Shown: positions 58,835 to 64,000 of the stretch, in pieces
How the letters are laid out: every line of letters begins with the position of its first letter
How positions within the stretch are numbered: the first letter of the stretch is position 1
From: Eledone cirrhosa
Lineage: Eukaryota
DNA: 64,000 nucleotides
Assembly: GCA_964016885.1 (NCBI GenBank)
Contig: OZ024743.1
Span: 65,348,001-65,412,000, forward strand
Direction of reading: 5' to 3'
Notes under the pieces: generated by a model
Told to the model about the DNA's origin: nothing
What the model saw: only the letters and a program-made list of their open reading frames with translations
The model's database searches: none
Made by a program: the position numbers and the translations under genes

Positions 58835-59195
58835 CGAACCAAGGAAAGAATGTTTCCATTGGTTTTTCTATTGCTGCTTCTATCTACCAGTGGAAATTTC
58901 TGGCAGAAAGAGCAACGTGAAATAGTGTCTTCTTGCTGAAAGACATAACGCATCACCCGGTCCGGAAATCGAACTTGCAACCCCACGATTGCGAATCTAA
59001 TTCTCTAACCACGAACATTGTTTCCATTGGTCTTTCCATTGCTGATATTATCTACCGATCTACCTGTGGCAAGTCCTGGTAGAAAGAGCAACGTGAAATA
59101 AAGAGTCTTACTCAAGGACATTACGCATCATCCGGTCCGGGAATCGAACTCGTAATCTCACGATTGGGAATCTAATTCTCTAACTACGAAGCCAC
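58835..59195 (-). mobile_element. Two tandem CORE-like SINE copies
   Basis: The AGAGCAACGTGAAATA..CTCAAGGACAT.ACGCATCA.CCGGTCCGG.AATCGAACT module occurs twice. Confidence 0.75.
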
Positions 59196-59839
59196 TAGCT
59201 ATAGTTATATAATTCTCTAACCAGGAAGCCACTAGCTATAGTTATATAAAAACATAGATATAGAAATCATGAACCACTTCAATCTTCTGTGGCTGCGTAT
59301 ATTTAAGTACATGTCTCTAATGCGTGTAACTCCTGATGGAGTGAAAGGGGTTTCGTAGTAATACATAGTCCACTAAGATCCTGACTAGCTCTGCACACGA
59401 CTCGGTTTCGGTTCACCGTTGACGGGAATTCACCTAAATTATGCAAGAAATGTTTTCTTTTATAGATATGCATAAACACTGTCCAGATAAAATTCTGTGC
59501 GGTATTCGTTCCCGCTCTCTGTGTTTTCTAATTTTAAATCACTCTCTCCTCTGGAAGAAATTGAAATCGGCTGTGATCAGACCTCGAGAGAGTATGGGTT
59601 CCTCCAAGTTTAAAATGCCAAAGACACGCTATATGCCACCATGGCGCCTATGGAACTCCATTAGGAGTTACGGCTTTATTCTTACATGCATAAACACCAC
59701 AACAAATACTGTTCTCATTTGTGAAAAAAAAAGCTGAAATTGTCTAAAGATTTTCTTTAATATTGAAGTTTTTCCATGAATGTCCTATGGATGTAGGTGA
59801 CTCCCACCTCGGTAAACCGCCTTAGATACACTCAGCATG

Positions 59840-61297
59840 ACAATGGCTTATAATTTAGGTACAAGACCAGGAATCTATGGGGTAGGGGGAAAATTGGTAT
59901 ATCGACCCCAGAACTTGATTGGTACCTTATTTTATTGACCCTGGAAAGATGAAAAATAAAGTTGACATCGGTGGGATTTGAACTTAGAACGTAGAGGGCT
60001 GTAATGAGATGCTGCAATGCAATTTCATGCAACAGACTAATGATACTGCCAATCCATTACCCTAATCTGATTGCATAATCGTCTTTGATTTAGGCACAAG
60101 GCCAACCATTTGGGGAAAGGAGAAAGTCAATTAAATTGACTTCAGTGCGTTACTGGTACTTTATTTTATCGACCCCGTAAGGATAAAAGGCAAAGTAGAC
60201 CTCGGTGGGATTTGAAACTAGAATGTAAAGAGCTATAACGAAATATGACATCTCATCCAACACACCAATAAAACTCTGCCAATCCCTTGACTTTTTGCAT
60301 AGTTCCGTAACTCCCGAGGGAGTCATGGAGCACCTTATTGACATCCAGCATTTCTAGGACATCTTAAAACCTGGAGGACTCCAATCCTCTCCAGGTCTGA
60401 GTACAGCAAATTTCTTCAAGAGAAAGATAGAAAGAATGAGAGAATGGAAGGAGAAAAAGATATATAGAGGAAGAATCGACTCCAGTAGTAGATAGGTACT
60501 TTTTTTAACGACCTCGAAAGGATGAAAGGCAAAGTTGACCGCGGCGGGATTCGACATTCTAACGGCATTGTCAATTCACCGCCCTACTTTAACATGGCAT
60601 AATAGCGACATGAGAGCTATTATGTGTTTCACTGGTTCCCGTCAGTGTTCAGGTGAAGTCTTCCGTTGTACATTGAGTTAAGAAGGTTATTAAAGATAAC
60701 AACAGTTAAAAAGCTTTTGTAAGAAGTTAACAGGCTTAAGAGACATTTTAAACGTCCAGAAGATTATCAGCCTTTACGAGAATGATAAGTTCAAGTTTAA
60801 GTTCAGCCATAATATAATTGTTTCTACTTTTGGCACAAGGCCAGCAATTATCCCAGTGTATTGCTGGTACTTTATTTTATCTACCCCGTAAGTATGAAGG
60901 GCAAAGTTGACCTCGGCAGGATTTGAACTCAGATCATAAAAGGCTATAACTCTATGCTGCAAAGCATGGCGTCCGACCCTCTAACGATACTGCCAATCCA
61001 CCGCTCTAGAGTTTCTACTTTTGGAACAAGGCCAGCGATTATCCCAGTGCATCACTGATACTTTATTTTATAGACCCCATAAGGATGCAGGGCAAAGTTA
61101 ACCTCGGCGGGATTTGAACTCCGATCATAAAGGGGCGGAACTCTATGTTGCTCAGCATGGCGTCCGACCCTCTACCGATACTGCCAATCCACCATAATAT
61201 AATTGTTCCTACTTTTGGCACAAGGCCAGCTAATACCCCACTGTATTACTGGTACTTTATTTTATCGACCCCGTAAGGATGAAAGGCAAAGTTAACC
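59840..61297 (-). mobile_element. Cluster of ~6 same-orientation tRNA-derived SINE copies
   Basis: Repeated TTTATCGACCCC..AAGGATGAAAGGCAAAGTTGACCTCGGCGGGATTTGAACTC. Confidence 0.75.
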
Positions 61298-61500
61298 ATA
61301 ATATAATGCGTGATAAATATATATGTAAGTGTTTCCGATGATTCGAGAGATACATCTCACGGTACTACTATCAATGAGACATCATACTATCGCACTAGTT
61401 ACTATATGTAACAAGTTGGCTCAAAACATATCGTTTATGGACCTATCTCTCTTTCCCACTCACTCTCTTCCTAAATACACACAAAATTAATAACAATAAT

Positions 61501-61620
<120 letters not shown>

Positions 61621-61769
61621 TACTTTGGGAGGGTCATGTTGCCAATAAGAAACACACGCACCAGTTGCTTTCACTTCAATTTATTATAATAAATTTATAA
61701 ATTTAGGAATTTATAAATCTATAAATGTCTGGTTGGTTGGTTCCACAACCAGATAGTTGTTTATATATT

Positions 61770-61812
61770 GTCAAAGTTCTTTCGTCACACATTCTGTGAC
61801 CTCTTCAGTGAC
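61770..61812 (-). ncRNA. Minimal hammerhead in 3'UTR/pLTR of PLE 2
   Basis: Minus strand: GTCA-CTGAAGA-gGTCACA gaatg TGTGAC-GAA-AG aa CT-T-TGAC. Confidence 0.75.
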
Positions 61813-62013
61813 TGGGGATTCTTTTCTTTGTTTTTGTGCCTCTCCTTTGTTCTGTCCTACGCCATTTTGTTTCTGTGTGTGTGTTGTGTGCTCAGTCTGC
61901 GCATGCGCCACATCCGGGTGTCTGTGTGTGTTTATATTCGTTTATTTATTTGTTTATTTACATGTTACCGGTTGGTTGTTTGTTCTATGTGTGTGTGTGT
62001 TTTCATTTTGTCC

Positions 62014-63450
62014 TTAATTGTAAGTTGTGATGTTGCTGTTCCACTCATATTTTCTATTTAATTTTGGTTGTAATTCTTTTATGTTTATTGCCTCTGTGAT
62101 TTGTCTAAACATTGCGTCTTTTCTGTGTGTAGATTCTATTTTTATTTCTATGTCCTCTAATTTACCCTTATGTTCTATTTTAGCATGTTGGTAGAGAACA
62201 GATGATTCTTTACTATCTTGAAGGTCTCGCCAGTGTTCATTTATCCGTTCCCCTACACTACGAGCTGTCTCACCTATGTACACTATATTTTTGTCTCTAC
62301 ATTGTCCTTCAGTACATCTTATGCTATACACTACATTTCTAGTTTTACAGTTAATATGGGGTCTTATTTTACAGGTTATACATTTCTTATCTATACAGGG
62401 GGGTCTTTGAAAAGGGTATGTCTTGCTAATAAGTGTTTTTACGGAGGTACCTGGTCTTTCTACTATCTTAATATTGCGTTTATGTTTATCTAGGGCCCTT
62501 CTAAATTTGTAAGCTAATTCACTTCTAGGGGTTGTATCGATGAACATTACACTCTGGTATTTATTGCTATCATACCATGAGTTTATTTTATTAGCCTTAT
62601 TCCTAGTTCTTTCTATTCTATTCCAAAATTTGCTCCTATACAAGGGGCAGGTCCCATTTGTGTCATTATTTACCATTTTTTCCCATTTGGTTCTGGCTCC
62701 TCTATACACTCTGATTTTATCTCTCTGATTGTAACCAGAGAACTGCATACGGTGGATGAAGTGTTGTATGTGTCTCTCTAGTTCTTCGGGGTTGCACATG
62801 CGGGACACGTTTATCATCACCCGTACCAAATCCGCAATCAGTATGTTGATTTTGGTATGGTCCGAAACAGCCGAGTTTCGGTGGATCAGATGTTTGGAAG
62901 TCATGGGTTTGGCATAATGGGAATGGAGGATTTGTTTTTTGTTATTAATGGTATCTAACCAGAGCTTTGTGTCTAGTACAGGTAATCGATGGTTGGGGTG
63001 TTTACTTGGGTAGTCTATAGTAACTTTAATACTCTGGTGGATGGAGTTAGCTATTTGCTGGATGCTTTCCATTGTGTTTTTCTCTAGTTCCTGACTGTTC
63101 TCTAATGGGGGTGTCTTAACTACGATGTTTATATCATCAACGTAGCGGGAGTACATTATCAGGGTTAAGGGGTCTTCTAATTGTTCTTTAAGTTTAAGTT
63201 TAAGTTTACTGTCCCACCATACCATGAATAAGTTAGCTATGTCGCCTGCAATGCTAACACCAATGGCTGCTCCTTCCTCTTGGGCATATGTTTTTCCATT
63301 AAATTTGAACATATGTTCCTTAAGGGTTAGTTTTATGCTGGCCCCTACCGCATGTGCAATCATTTTCTTCAGTTCATCGTGGTTTTCGGGTGTCCGTATG
63401 GCTCTGGTCCACCCGTTCCATCTATCTGTGTGGGTTTTCTTGGCCATTGA
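62014..63450 (-). pseudogene. PLE 2 C-terminal RT (motifs B-E, thumb) plus GIY-YIG
   Basis: From SMAKK onward it aligns collinearly with the PLE 1 protein (EGAAIG, RYVDDI, VVYSIRC..YIGET). Confidence 0.9.
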
Positions 63451-64000
63451 TGCCCATATGGTGATGTGGACGAATATAATGCAGCCCAACAAAAGGACCG
63501 CCAACAACTTCCAGGCCTGGAAGAATGACGTGCCGGCGTTGTATGGGCTTCGAAAAGACCATAAAACGGGCAGTGACCCTGTCACGGGACCACCAACACG
63601 GCCAGTCTGTGGAGCTAACATTGCTAGTAACTACAGAATGTCCTACTTCCTCTCCCTGATCATACGCCCCATCATTGAAATGTCCCCAGATGTATGTGAC
63701 AGCACGGAGGACCTCCTCAGCAGAATCGGCGAGAGTAACCGATCTAGGGACCTAACAAACTGCATAATAGGTAGTATGGATGTTGTGTCCCTGTATCCAT
63801 CTATTGACGTGGATTTTGCTGTGGAGAAATGCGTAGAAATGATCAGTGAGAGCAATGTTGAGTTCCGTGGGATTGATACCAGTGAGCTGGGACTCCTACT
63901 TAAACTTACCTATAGTAATAATTACCTAGACACATATGACCTTAGAAACCTGTGCCCTACAAGACCAGCAAGAGGCAGACCACCTACCATTACCTCAATG
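63451..64000 (+). pseudogene. PLE 2 N-terminal RT segment in inverted orientation (open to the window end)
   Basis: The + frame from 63458 reads [61 protein letters not shown] and aligns to PLE 1. Confidence 0.9.

Noticed and set aside
63451-63621. N-terminus MLAPQ...ITIWA of ORF 62014..63621
   Set aside because: It is antisense read-through of the inverted RT segment.

Overview
This is a gene-free, extremely repeat-rich eukaryotic window. The SINE types and microsatellite load suggest an octopus or other cephalopod genome (inference). No host protein-coding gene, rRNA, true tRNA or CRISPR array is supported, and nearly all ORF-track entries are microsatellite or minisatellite translation artefacts. 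Tandem DNA includes a 6.9-kb 29-bp satellite with a ~1.77-kb higher-order duplication, 17-bp and 42-bp minisatellites, and many microsatellites. Retroelements include two Penelope-like elements (PLEs; RT plus C-terminal GIY-YIG): one has an uninterrupted ~830-aa frame and the other has an inverted 5' part. There are also three 5'-truncated R4/Dong-like RLE LINEs, all in (CATA)n in the same orientation, a decayed Tx1/L1-type LINE, two RTE 3' fragments, four copies of a bipartite RTE-derived non-autonomous element, TA-flanked MITEs and many tRNA-derived SINEs. The most striking signal, invisible in the ORF track, is ~17 type I hammerhead ribozyme motifs (CTGANGA...GAAA...UH with hand-checked stems) from many unrelated families. 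They include a non-coding 447-bp tandem array with one minimal hammerhead per unit (retrozyme-like, predicted to release a circularisable 447-nt RNA), inside a cluster of non-coding tandem/inverted PLE-style units at 22.5-30.7 kb. All folds and alignments were done by eye, and coordinates of decayed elements are approximate.
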